Shown one piece after another: positions 46,847 through 56,932 of a DNA stretch of 64,000 bases. Position numbers and translations under genes: made by a program. The notes under the pieces are model-generated. The model was given only the letters and a program-made list of their open reading frames with translations, made no database searches and was not told where the DNA came from. The first letter of the stretch is position 1. Each line of letters opens with the position of its first letter. This DNA comes from a virus, in the IMG/VR virus record IMGVR_UViG_3300029267_002747, positions 2,325-66,324 of that record; one strand, given 5' to 3'.

Positions 46847-48640
46847 CTAACCTTCACCAGCAGTCAGCATATGCCTTAGCTGTTCCAAACTATTCACGAT
46901 CCCGTCTAGGGCAAAAGCTGCCGAACGAAGTGGGCCTTGAGGTACTTCCAGCCCCAATCTTGAGGCCAAAAGCATTTCCAAAGCACACCGACGAGCCTTC
47001 TTAAAATGTTCAATCTTGTCAAGGAACTTGAACATCGTCTCTTCTGTTAAGAAATTAGACCCAAGTATGGCGTCGACAGTGTCAGCTTTAGTGTCGTTTG
47101 TTAACTCAGCGGCAATCTTTCCGACCCAACCTGGAGCTTTCTTAAAGATAGAGAATGGTTCAAGATCAACTGAATTTATGCACATAATCGCTTCCCACTC
47201 AGATGTTGGAGCGATATTAGCTTTCTTGATATACTTCTGAGGGATTTTGATTCCACCCGCAGCTGCGGTTTTATTGAATACTGATGGAGCCTTGATTCGG
47301 ACAAAACCTTTCCTGGCAGCAAACTTCAGAAGATCCTGGACGGATTCCTTCTCAAAATGCTCGCACAAGGCCCGCTTCGTGTAGATGTAAGAACATGGCT
47401 CTGGTTTAAATCCATCACCATTCAGCGCGTACTGTCCGTTGGAGTATATGACAGAAACAGTAGCTACTTTGCTCAGTGGAGTAGAGAGCAACAGCTCTTT
47501 GTCTAGAGTCTTATGGAACACGGCATCGCCAGGAATATATAGATCGTCCATGTAACTGGCGGTCTTAATGCCATCTGTGGGCCGGATGGTTGCTGTCATT
47601 TGTCCATCCAGTTGAGCTACCAGATACCCATCCTCCAACACTTGAGCGATTTTGATTGGATGAGTAACGCCACCGTTCCAACAGAAACACCCGATGTCCC
47701 CTACCTCTGGATCACAAGTGTGGAATTCGTTCTTCTTTGTAGATTCGTCTAAACTCCCGATCTTTTCGATCTCTCCGACAACTTGCGGGACTTCGGCGTA
47801 ACCTTCACCCTTTGAAGCAAGAAATACTGGCTTGCCAGAGACATGCCCTGTGAATGGATCGAGAAAACCTGCATACGACCGGCCTGAGATATCTATTCCT
47901 GTAGCAGTCTTCACACACCAATTCTGGTCTGGGGTAAGTTCTTTGGTTTCTGATTCATATAGAGGTTGAACCCTGGGGAGAGCTGAAGCAGTTTTGGCAC
48001 CATAAGAATAATGATACTTAGGATCAGTCGAAATTGAGTTTAATACTTTATCGAGGGCTGAATCGTCCCCAGGAAAATATCTAGTTCCGCTCTCAGCTAT
48101 AGTCATATCACAATCAACTCCGGCACTCTTTCCGGGATTTTCAGGCATCCCGATAGAGGCTTCGTGTCTGCGGATACGCTCTGCTGCTGTTTCTTTGTCG
48201 TAGCAATTGTCTGCGGCGAAAGTGTACTTACCATCGAATGGGGGTACAGCGTTCGTATTAAAAATATCTGCCGTTTCACCAGACCCCGCAGGAATTGGTG
48301 TACCAAAACCTGTGTCCATCAGTGCGGAAGATACCGAAGTCCGAGTCATAGGGATCAAGTCTCCACCATGCATGAACATATCCAAGGGCTGGAGTTCGCC
48401 TTGATCGATTACAAATGGAATATCCATTTTGTTGTCTACAAAGATATCTCCAGTAGCCGTAGCTTTATCGTCATCCCTGGCGTTGAAAATAATTTTAATG
48501 GTGTGATCGGTTAGATACGGATGAGTTTCGTGGAGATACTTAATGATCTCAACATCCCACTTCTTGGGGTCATGGCTCATCTGATACCCAGCAAGTTTCT
48601 GCAGGGGCTGATCGATTTTCACAAAAAGAGACTTGGTCAT
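46847..48640 (-). CDS. KxA-rich virion core protein
   Basis: 597 aa; 14 KxA motifs by eye; own late-promoter motif upstream. Confidence 0.7.
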   Translation of the reverse strand: MTKSLFVKIDQPLQKLAGYQMSHDPKKWDVEIIKYLHETHPYLTDHTIKIIFNARDDDKATATGDIFVDNKMDIPFVIDQGELQPLDMFMHGGDLIPMTRTSVSSALMDTGFGTPIPAGSGETADIFNTNAVPPFDGKYTFAADNCYDKETAAERIRRHEASIGMPENPGKSAGVDCDMTIAESGTRYFPGDDSALDKVLNSISTDPKYHYSYGAKTASALPRVQPLYESETKELTPDQNWCVKTATGIDISGRSYAGFLDPFTGHVSGKPVFLASKGEGYAEVPQVVGEIEKIGSLDESTKKNEFHTCDPEVGDIGCFCWNGGVTHPIKIAQVLEDGYLVAQLDGQMTATIRPTDGIKTASYMDDLYIPGDAVFHKTLDKELLLSTPLSKVATVSVIYSNGQYALNGDGFKPEPCSYIYTKRALCEHFEKESVQDLLKFAARKGFVRIKAPSVFNKTAAAGGIKIPQKYIKKANIAPTSEWEAIMCINSVDLEPFSIFKKAPGWVGKIAAELTNDTKADTVDAILGSNFLTEETMFKFLDKIEHFKKARRCALEMLLASRLGLEVPQGPLRSAAFALDGIVNSLEQLRHMLTAGEG

Positions 48641-48678
48641 AATTTCACCTTGCTACAACAAAATGTTCGGACTCTCAT

Positions 48679-48689
48679 AACGGTATAAA
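48679..48689 (-). promoter_or_regulatory. putative late promoter TTTATACCGTT
   Basis: 10/11 match, 38 nt upstream of ATG 48640. Confidence 0.55.
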
Positions 48690-49919
48690 TTATCCAGAAG
48701 AAACAGTTCCTGTGACCTGTAAATCACCTTTAATTGTCATACTACCTCTAGATCCATCCGGTCTAGTCATATCAATCTCATAAAATCCTACAGGAACATT
48801 GATTTTAGCCCCGACACCACTGTATGTTGAGATAGAAATACCCGCCACGTTAGTGGTCAGCGCCCCTGTGTAATTCTGTGTCTCGAGCCCAGGTGCAGCT
48901 AAAACCTCTTTATTTGTCGATGCTTGTGTAATAATCGGGGCTCCGATATTTATCGAGACCTCTGATGTCACATTGACAGCTGCTACAGACCCGATATTCA
49001 CCGGCAGAGTTCCGTCAACAGAGATACCTGAGGGACCTATAGTCACAGTTCCACCTAAAGAATGTGACAAAGTAACCCCGTCATCCGCAACTGTCACTGA
49101 AGCTTCAGCGCCTGTAACACCTTTGTTTAAGGTGATTCCAGTAAGCGGCGATATTTCTACAAGAGTTGCTCCTGTCTCTACCGTATACGTACCGGACTCA
49201 GCTGCAAAAGTTTGGCGAAGAACTTGACCTATACGTGCTAAAAAACCACCTTCTGTCCGGGATTCAATAACGGTTTCCGTGATAGGCTGTCCAGGATAAG
49301 GATTTTGCGTCAACCTAACTTCAGGTGTGGGCAATTTCGCAGAACTAAGACTACCCAGAGCTGAAGGCAACCCGGCCTCAAAACGAAAACCTGGTACACT
49401 TAAAACGTACCTTTTGCACAAGTCTTTAATCTCTCTGGATTTTTTATTAAAGAACCGAAGACATCCAGCAGCCGCCCTAATCAAGATAGACCCGCTACGC
49501 AACACATGCACGAAGCTACGTCTATTCCGTGTCCCCATAAATTGATCTTCGGCCTGAATAATTTTTTCAGAATTCGGGGGTCTATACCGTGGAACATCGA
49601 TGTCTCTAGGATCTTCTAACAGAGCCGAGATTGCGGCATCTACAGCGTTAGTCGAAGGTTCTGAACCAGAAGAGTTAACCGTCGGTAACTCCCCCAGGAT
49701 TACCCATCGAGAAGTGGATAGACTAACCAAAATAACCGAGGCATTTTTTGGATATGGGGAGATATTCCCTAATTTTATGGCTCCAGCCTGAACTGAACGA
49801 GGGCCATTCAAAATATCAACAATGTAAACTTCTTTGCTGGAGTCGTAAAATCTAACAACCCCTTCAGCTCCAGTCAACCCAGCAAAAGATCCGCTACTCG
49901 TGTTCCAATAAGAATTCAT
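48690..49919 (-). CDS. baseplate central spike (gp5/GpV-like)
   Basis: N-terminal OB-fold-like segment ending WVILG; C-terminal beta-helix-like V/T/G repeats ending IKGDLQVTGTV. Confidence 0.65.
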   Translation of the reverse strand: MNSYWNTSSGSFAGLTGAEGVVRFYDSSKEVYIVDILNGPRSVQAGAIKLGNISPYPKNASVILVSLSTSRWVILGELPTVNSSGSEPSTNAVDAAISALLEDPRDIDVPRYRPPNSEKIIQAEDQFMGTRNRRSFVHVLRSGSILIRAAAGCLRFFNKKSREIKDLCKRYVLSVPGFRFEAGLPSALGSLSSAKLPTPEVRLTQNPYPGQPITETVIESRTEGGFLARIGQVLRQTFAAESGTYTVETGATLVEISPLTGITLNKGVTGAEASVTVADDGVTLSHSLGGTVTIGPSGISVDGTLPVNIGSVAAVNVTSEVSINIGAPIITQASTNKEVLAAPGLETQNYTGALTTNVAGISISTYSGVGAKINVPVGFYEIDMTRPDGSRGSMTIKGDLQVTGTVSSG

Positions 49920-52900
49920 TATTTAGTTTTGTCTCCATATCCAAAAGCAAATTGGGTCACAGGGTGACCTTTAGCTATATCGGATTCTAAACCTAAAGCT
50001 GGAGCGTCAGCGAGATGCTTCGGCAACCTCTGGAACATCAAAGGACTTATAAAATCGTTCCTGGCAAATGGGGCCCTCTTGATCCCCAGGAGCACTGGTT
50101 CAACATTTATTTTATTTTTCAGCTTCTTGTTGAAGCTGTCAATTAGATTTGCATTTACGACTTCACCTTCGACAAGTCCGTGCTTGAATCCGTCCCCTGG
50201 ATCCATAATCTTGACCTTGTCCGTCATAGGTTTTATCACAGTCTCGAAAACTCTTTGCCTAACATTGATTCCTGAATCGGAGTATGCATGATTTAGGTCT
50301 GTGAGCAACTGTTGCTGCCCAGCATCTCTTCCTGCAAGAGCTGTAAGCTGTACTGGATGGATAACCCCTTCGTTAGAAAGCTTATCTCCAGCCTTAACTC
50401 TCTGTCCTACTTTGACACCCAAACCTAATTCCTGGGGAACAAAATAGGTTTTCCCATCAATCACCACATCCCACCCATGTCCAGGACTCTGGTTGACAGC
50501 CGCTACTAGACCGTCCATTTCTGCTAAAGGTGCTTGACCTTTCATATGTGCAGGTAAAGCCAAAACTTGTTGTATCCTTTTGAAGCCTAATTCTTGGCCG
50601 CCAGCAGCCCCGCCTGTATGGAATGCTCGCATAATAGATTGCATAGTAGGTTCAGAAATAGCTTGGCCCGCCAAAGCTCCGATATGTGTCCCGATAGGAT
50701 AATCAGTACCGTGTTCAGATAGTCCTGCACATTTCTGACATATACCATCCAAAGCCTGACATTTAATCGCAGACCTAACTTTTATCTGTCTCTTCCCCTG
50801 CTTTTTCAAGGTGGTGATCAACCGAGGCGTGATTAATTTATTCCTATGTGGAGCATCTGCGGCGTACCTATCAAGAATGTCATCGTGGTCTAAAGACATA
50901 ACTATGCCGTCTCGTACCCCACAGTCCGTAGTCGTAATTCTAGTGTCTAACGTAGTATTAAGCAGCTCTTTGCCGAAGGCTCCGGTATCTCTAGTACCTA
51001 AAGCCCTACCAGCAACACCAGCTCTAGACGGGGCGAAAGAAGCAAAATATTGGTCAGGCTTAAGCCCTTCAGCAAAAGACCTATCCACAGGCATCGGAAC
51101 CATCTGACCTTTGTGGTCATTGTACGCTACAGGAGCTAGAATCATCTGACGGATATTGTCACGCTTTCCGGCCATAGCTTCGGATTCTGTACCCATTTCC
51201 ACAAAACGATTTCCCTCGGTATTTACCTTCATGAGGTCATTAAGTTCCTTAATCCCTCTCTGAAAAGCGTCGTGGTATCCGAGTCTTGTCATATCTCGAA
51301 CCATTTTACGAAGGATTCGCTTCCTCTGGTTATCTTTGAATTTCAAATCTTTCAAGGACACAGAAAAACCTAATTCAGTAACATATGTGTTTCCGATATC
51401 TTTAATCTGATTAACAACCGAACCCAACATCTCTGGGTGTTCTTTGGCTACTTCTTCAATCAATCCAGAGACCTTCTTAGCTGTCAAAGGTTGATACATG
51501 TCATATTCGATATCTTTAGGGAATATACCACGAACAAGAAAAGCCCCGGCTGTCACGGGCTTACCTCTGTAAGAAATTCGATCATTAATTCTGATCTTTC
51601 TATCTCTCAGTAATTTCAAAGCCTCCGCACCATGTTTCACTGTAATATTTGTAGGTCTCACAGGCTTTGTTATCTTGTAGATCCCTAAGTACATCTCTTT
51701 GGCGGGCTTGTGCTCAACGGTCCTGGTTCTGTGCCCCATAAAGTTCTTAGAAGGAAGATTTTTGAGTGCTTCCTTACGGGCCTTCTCGCTAACCGGAACG
51801 TGAACAGCCGCTGTATCCCCGTCGAAGTCCATATTAAATCCGCCAACGATTAGAGCGTTGGCTTCCATAGCCAAACCATCTGTAAGCCTGGGCTTGAAAC
51901 TTACTGCGGAGAATTTGTGGAGAGTTGGAGCTCTATTCAAAATTACAGGTCTGGTCTTCATCTCCTCCTGAAGTGCCTTCAAAGCAGGTTCGGTTCTATT
52001 TTTAACCTGATCTTTAGCTGTTAACGGGTCCATACCGGCCCCCACTAACCTGCGTATAATGAAAGGCTCATAAGTCTTAAATGCAATCTTCTTGGGTAAA
52101 CCCATTTCATCCATACCTAATTCAGGATTTGGGATGAGTGTAGATCGTCCGGACAAATCTACAGGTCTGTGGAGTAATTTGCCCTGGAATAATCCTGTCT
52201 TGTTTCTCTTACCAGCTATGGCACTGATGAATCCTTTAAATTCCCTGCCTCTGGTAAGCGGCTCAGATAACCCAATCGTTGCACTTACTGCGGAGTAAAT
52301 ACCCTTTCTTAAGGGCTTGATGTTAGTGTCATCTACACCCAGATTCTTTAGATTTTTCATCTGGTCATTTACCAGCATAACCTCACGATATGCGTGGTTG
52401 GGGTCACCTACCACAAGCTGGCCTTCCGCATTATTATATACAGGACGGAATTTTGGCGGAATGACTGGAAGATGCTTCATCATGTAAGCATCCCCAGGTT
52501 TCATCTTCATCTTACTTAGAGAAGAAAGATACCTCAATTTCGTCAGCATCTTAGGCTTAGATGTCTTTGTGGCTGTAGGTAGAGCGTTTCTAATCTTGTT
52601 GATCTCATTAGGTACATTGACTTTACTCAATAAGTACTCAATGGCTGGACCTCCGGTTAATTCTCCCTCAGGACCAGATGCATCTAATTTAAGGTCTTTA
52701 ACACTCATATCCCCAGATACAATTTTATTGTACTGCGTGGCTGTGAGGCCCAAAATAGATGCTATGGGTCTCTCGTAAAGCGGGTGTGGAAGCTTTTCTG
52801 AAAGAGTAATATGATTTATATTTGTCCCATTGTACCCACCAGTTAACTCTTTGTCGAATAACCCACCCTTCTCAGGTTCTAGGTCCTTGGCCCTGATAGT

Positions 52901-55900
52901 AAATGGGCTTTTGATCTCGCCAGAGGATTTAGCCAGCACATCTTCGTCTGTGAAAGGTGTGGCCTTGATCTTGTTACCTTCTTGCTCGACATTGATCCCT
53001 GCCCCCATCATGTAGTTCTTGAACTTCTCCAGAACAAATGGGGTCTCAGGAGGTGGTGTCGGCTGACCTAACTGGAACGCTGTCCAATAGGCATCGTTCT
53101 TGTTTGAGGTCAGCCTGGACACATCCTTTACAAATTCGGTAGATCCGTTGGCTAACATGGAGTAGAGTTCTAGTGGGCCGACGGACTGGGCTGATACTGG
53201 GCGGCCCTTCGCTGGGCGCTCCTCCCTGGTATAGCCATCATTAGAACGGGCAGACCACTTGTGGTGAACCGAATGTTTCAGTTTTAACCAATGTATATCC
53301 CCTGCCCCCACATCTTCGTGGGTCTGCCCTGTAGTTGGATCAAAAACTGTTTCTGTATCGCTGAGATTATGTTTTTTGAGCTCATTTTGTAAAACATCGA
53401 CAGAAGATTCCGGACTAAAGTTATTGACCAGATAAGGCTTCCCTGTCTTCTGTGCGATCTTGCCAGCAGCCGCCTCAAACATAAAACCAGGGTTGACTCG
53501 ACCTGGAAGTCCAAATGGGCTGAATATTGCCTCAAATGGCCGTCCCTGGCTGTCCTTAGGCATCTCATCATCCGGTATGATCCGACTAATAATACCTTTC
53601 GATCCAGCCCTGGTGGAAGCTTTATCCCCAACACGGGCAGCTTCCTGAGTTTCTATATAAACTTTGACAAATCGGGAAGTCTGGACAACGTCCACAACCT
53701 TCCCCGGATAAGGCTCATCCCACCGTACAGAAGCGTCTATGAAAGGATTTCTGAGCTTAGAAGAAGCTCTTGCTTCCGCTGATGTGGGATCGACATGTCT
53801 TTCCATAGCTGCCGGAATAACTATATCCCCATCCTCGAAAATAGATCCGATCTTAGGTAAATCTCCTTTGAAATTCTGAGGCTTACCTAATCCGGATACA
53901 TTCAAAGATGAGATAGCGGCGAACCCTGGTCTAACCCCCGGACCTTTTTCCAGCCGGAGTTCATACTTGTGTTCAGAAGTCAACTTCTTTGCTGCACCTT
54001 CTGAGATTACAAAAGCATCTTCAAATGTGAGACCTTTAAATGGCATCATCGCTGTGCGGAGATTTTTGCCGGTAGCATAGACATTATCTTTGCTGAAATT
54101 ATCTGTGGTAAGGATTTGTCCCTTCTTTACCCTGTCCCCGGCCCTGACTGTAGGTGTCTGTTTAAGCCAGGTCTCCTCGTTATAGGGGTACATGCTATGG
54201 TACTCCACTATATGTTGACCACCGTCCACTCCCCTGATAGTAATCTTGCCTTTTTGAACTTTCTCCACAACTCCATCTGCCGGACACTTTTCATTGAATG
54301 TGTCATGCAAAATTTTGTTCATAGGCTTGCCGTTCACAGCAGCCATAACCAAAGGCTTATCTGGATCTACCAAAGGAGAAGTCTGCTCCATATGACGACC
54401 AGCCATCAAAATTCGATTAGCTGAATTGTTGTGAATAAATGGGATTTGCGCGGAAACCGCCGAAAACATATTGGATGCGTCGGGTAAAATGTAATCTACC
54501 TCCCTTGGGGTCACCATCGTCTGGGTCTTACCATCTACGATTGCTGACACCTTACCTCTAGAATCTCCTACCACCTGGTTATTCTTCCAAGCGTCATTGA
54601 ACGCTAGTACCTTAGAACCTAGTTCTACCGTACTAACATCTTTTCGCTGACCAGTTCTGGCATCAATGACGTTGATTACCAACTGGTTGCCAACCTTTTT
54701 CGCTCCCATAGCCAGGTGATTTATCACACCTATCGAGCTCGAGTTTCCAGACCAATGCCCACCTTTATGATTTCTTCTACAATAAAGCAATCCACCAGGT
54801 ACCTTCGCGCAATAGACTTTTCCGGAATACTCTTCTGTAAAATACCCTGAGTAAACAGATCTCATCTGCTTCCTGAATGTCCGTTCCTGAGCCACATGCA
54901 TATGAACTAGATAAGTATTCAGATATGAAGCTTTTCTGTCGTCTGAGTGCTGTGTGATTCGTACAGATATCCCCAACCCAAAACAAAGTCGCTCCACATC
55001 TTTGGCTAACTGAGGACTAGTTGTTGTATAAGATCTGACATTACCGTGCCGTCTATCGATCGTCCCATCACCCAACATTAAAGCCTCCAAAAGACGCTCT
55101 CTAGCTTCAATAGGCCAGGAGAAAGCTTCTTCAGGAATAAATTTTTCCTCACAAGTTCCAAATTGTTTTGTGTACTTGGCTAACTGCATTCTAGGGATAG
55201 AGAAATCTCCAGTTTTGCCAGAATAACTCCACCGCATATTTAAAGAGTCTAACAAAGCCTCTATTCGAGAGCATTTAGCTGGGTTATATTCTCGATCTTG
55301 GCTTATCTTAACACAGCCCTTCCCGTAAGAAAGGTAAGTACTTCCTTCAGAAAGGTACCACCCCAAAAATTCCGCCCAATCTCCGATCTCAAACGGCTGC
55401 TCAAAGAATTTCGTAGCATTCCCGCCAGGGGGTTCTGACAATCTGAATTCCTGTATATCTTCCCCTAAATACGCTTTATGCCCGCCGCTCATCACATTCC
55501 TGGAACGATTATGTGATTCTTCCGCCAATTCAAATCTAAATCTACTGCCCTGGTCAGTAGGCCTACACCATATTCTGTGATTTGGGGTAACTAAATACTC
55601 TGTCTGTTGGGATCTAGCCCCGTACATTAATCCTTCATAATCTCGAACAACCAGGCCGTCAGCTTTGTGATATTCAAGATGCCCGTCTATCTGACAAGCG
55701 AAAACAGTGTCTTCAGTAACATCAGGCCATTTTACCCACCCTTGATCCGTCATTACCTCAGTCTCAGAATCAAAACATTCACTTGTATGAGTTGGGTCAT
55801 ATACCCCGAGATGACTGGGGTGAACGGCACGCAGAGAGTCAGAGATAGCTCTGTCGCTCTGGATACCGCCCTCCCCCATGACAGTCGTGGTGAGATTGTT

Positions 55901-56932
55901 AGACAGTACAGACAAAGGACTCATCTGACCAGAATAACGGGTAAGTGAGCTCTGGGTAAAGAAACCCAGGATAGGATTACTGAACACATCAGGAGTTAAA
56001 GACTTTTCGATCTGCCCTGTACGATTCATCATGTACTTAAGACGACCCTGAAGTTGTGGCCTAAGCTTTTCCAAACGCTCTTTGATAAAATCATCGACAG
56101 AATGAATTGTCTTAAAGCTCATCGCCTCCATATCATCAGATTCAACCTCTCCAGAATTGACTGCTCTGGCTTTCTTCGCAGAAGCGATAATAAGCGGTAA
56201 ATTAATTGATTTGTACTCTTCACCAAGAGTCTGTTTAGTCACACCCGGATCTACAGGTTTACTATCAAAAAACTCTACTATTTCTTGCCGTAAATCGGCT
56301 CCTGGCTTCGGAGCTACCTGCCGCAAAAGACCTCTTATCGTAATTACGTCTATATCTGGTTTGGCTTCGGATTTAGACTGCGCATAAAATGGTCCTAGAG
56401 CGTCCCTCTGCTGCGCTTCAGTAGCCCCAAGGATGTCCAGGAAGGAATAGAGAGAGAAATGCCTGCTACGGATCTTTATTTGCATTCTACGCTTCTTGCG
56501 ATCGACGATGATGCGATACTCACCGCCCGCCGTAGATAGTTTCGCTGAGACATCCCCATCGTTCTGATGCGCTGTATATACCCCTGGACGTCTCCTGACC
56601 TGATTAATAATTTGGATATCTTTGCCGTTAAGCATGAAGGTACCCATTTTCGTCACGGCCGGGACAATAGCTATAATCTTATTTCGCTTAGTATCTACCA
56701 CCTTACCAGCAGAATCCACGAGAGTGACATCCCCTACTAGAGATACCGTATGATTCCCTTCCTTGCGTTTGGACATCAAGTATTTAGAAACCGAAGCTGT
56801 GTCTGATATGTTGGTGTACCGTAGATTTTTGACTTCCATTCGATAGCTGGGAGTCTGAATCGGGAATGTTTTTTCTACGGCCTTCCGGACATTATCTAGC
56901 AGATTAGGGAATTGGGTAGATGGGTTAAGCAT
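49919..56932 (-). CDS. rpoBC: fused beta-beta' multisubunit DNA-directed RNA polymerase with intein
   Basis: Beta motifs GTFMLNG..RRPG, VHPSHLG, FEDA, GDK......KG, P.G.PGR.N.G; junction near 52985; beta' motifs GGLFD, LPVIPP..RP, RPVDLSGRS, NRAPTLH, NMDFDGD (51815-51835), EPTMQSIMRAFHTGG. Confidence 0.95.
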   Translation of the reverse strand: MLNPSTQFPNLLDNVRKAVEKTFPIQTPSYRMEVKNLRYTNISDTASVSKYLMSKRKEGNHTVSLVGDVTLVDSAGKVVDTKRNKIIAIVPAVTKMGTFMLNGKDIQIINQVRRRPGVYTAHQNDGDVSAKLSTAGGEYRIIVDRKKRRMQIKIRSRHFSLYSFLDILGATEAQQRDALGPFYAQSKSEAKPDIDVITIRGLLRQVAPKPGADLRQEIVEFFDSKPVDPGVTKQTLGEEYKSINLPLIIASAKKARAVNSGEVESDDMEAMSFKTIHSVDDFIKERLEKLRPQLQGRLKYMMNRTGQIEKSLTPDVFSNPILGFFTQSSLTRYSGQMSPLSVLSNNLTTTVMGEGGIQSDRAISDSLRAVHPSHLGVYDPTHTSECFDSETEVMTDQGWVKWPDVTEDTVFACQIDGHLEYHKADGLVVRDYEGLMYGARSQQTEYLVTPNHRIWCRPTDQGSRFRFELAEESHNRSRNVMSGGHKAYLGEDIQEFRLSEPPGGNATKFFEQPFEIGDWAEFLGWYLSEGSTYLSYGKGCVKISQDREYNPAKCSRIEALLDSLNMRWSYSGKTGDFSIPRMQLAKYTKQFGTCEEKFIPEEAFSWPIEARERLLEALMLGDGTIDRRHGNVRSYTTTSPQLAKDVERLCFGLGISVRITQHSDDRKASYLNTYLVHMHVAQERTFRKQMRSVYSGYFTEEYSGKVYCAKVPGGLLYCRRNHKGGHWSGNSSSIGVINHLAMGAKKVGNQLVINVIDARTGQRKDVSTVELGSKVLAFNDAWKNNQVVGDSRGKVSAIVDGKTQTMVTPREVDYILPDASNMFSAVSAQIPFIHNNSANRILMAGRHMEQTSPLVDPDKPLVMAAVNGKPMNKILHDTFNEKCPADGVVEKVQKGKITIRGVDGGQHIVEYHSMYPYNEETWLKQTPTVRAGDRVKKGQILTTDNFSKDNVYATGKNLRTAMMPFKGLTFEDAFVISEGAAKKLTSEHKYELRLEKGPGVRPGFAAISSLNVSGLGKPQNFKGDLPKIGSIFEDGDIVIPAAMERHVDPTSAEARASSKLRNPFIDASVRWDEPYPGKVVDVVQTSRFVKVYIETQEAARVGDKASTRAGSKGIISRIIPDDEMPKDSQGRPFEAIFSPFGLPGRVNPGFMFEAAAGKIAQKTGKPYLVNNFSPESSVDVLQNELKKHNLSDTETVFDPTTGQTHEDVGAGDIHWLKLKHSVHHKWSARSNDGYTREERPAKGRPVSAQSVGPLELYSMLANGSTEFVKDVSRLTSNKNDAYWTAFQLGQPTPPPETPFVLEKFKNYMMGAGINVEQEGNKIKATPFTDEDVLAKSSGEIKSPFTIRAKDLEPEKGGLFDKELTGGYNGTNINHITLSEKLPHPLYERPIASILGLTATQYNKIVSGDMSVKDLKLDASGPEGELTGGPAIEYLLSKVNVPNEINKIRNALPTATKTSKPKMLTKLRYLSSLSKMKMKPGDAYMMKHLPVIPPKFRPVYNNAEGQLVVGDPNHAYREVMLVNDQMKNLKNLGVDDTNIKPLRKGIYSAVSATIGLSEPLTRGREFKGFISAIAGKRNKTGLFQGKLLHRPVDLSGRSTLIPNPELGMDEMGLPKKIAFKTYEPFIIRRLVGAGMDPLTAKDQVKNRTEPALKALQEEMKTRPVILNRAPTLHKFSAVSFKPRLTDGLAMEANALIVGGFNMDFDGDTAAVHVPVSEKARKEALKNLPSKNFMGHRTRTVEHKPAKEMYLGIYKITKPVRPTNITVKHGAEALKLLRDRKIRINDRISYRGKPVTAGAFLVRGIFPKDIEYDMYQPLTAKKVSGLIEEVAKEHPEMLGSVVNQIKDIGNTYVTELGFSVSLKDLKFKDNQRKRILRKMVRDMTRLGYHDAFQRGIKELNDLMKVNTEGNRFVEMGTESEAMAGKRDNIRQMILAPVAYNDHKGQMVPMPVDRSFAEGLKPDQYFASFAPSRAGVAGRALGTRDTGAFGKELLNTTLDTRITTTDCGVRDGIVMSLDHDDILDRYAADAPHRNKLITPRLITTLKKQGKRQIKVRSAIKCQALDGICQKCAGLSEHGTDYPIGTHIGALAGQAISEPTMQSIMRAFHTGGAAGGQELGFKRIQQVLALPAHMKGQAPLAEMDGLVAAVNQSPGHGWDVVIDGKTYFVPQELGLGVKVGQRVKAGDKLSNEGVIHPVQLTALAGRDAGQQQLLTDLNHAYSDSGINVRQRVFETVIKPMTDKVKIMDPGDGFKHGLVEGEVVNANLIDSFNKKLKNKINVEPVLLGIKRAPFARNDFISPLMFQRLPKHLADAPALGLESDIAKGHPVTQFAFGYGDKTK
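54743..55777 (-). mobile_element. 345-aa intein with LAGLIDADG homing endonuclease
   Basis: Begins CFDSETEV, block B TPNH, FLGWYLSEG and LMLGDG, block F VYC, ends WSGN followed by +1 Ser; interrupts the conserved beta motif TSE|SSSIG (E. coli TPEGPNIG). Confidence 0.93.

Noticed and set aside
49919-56932. Bacterial chromosomal rpoBC (host contamination)
   Set aside because: No ribosomal protein neighbours, highly divergent, and coupled to portal and spike genes.
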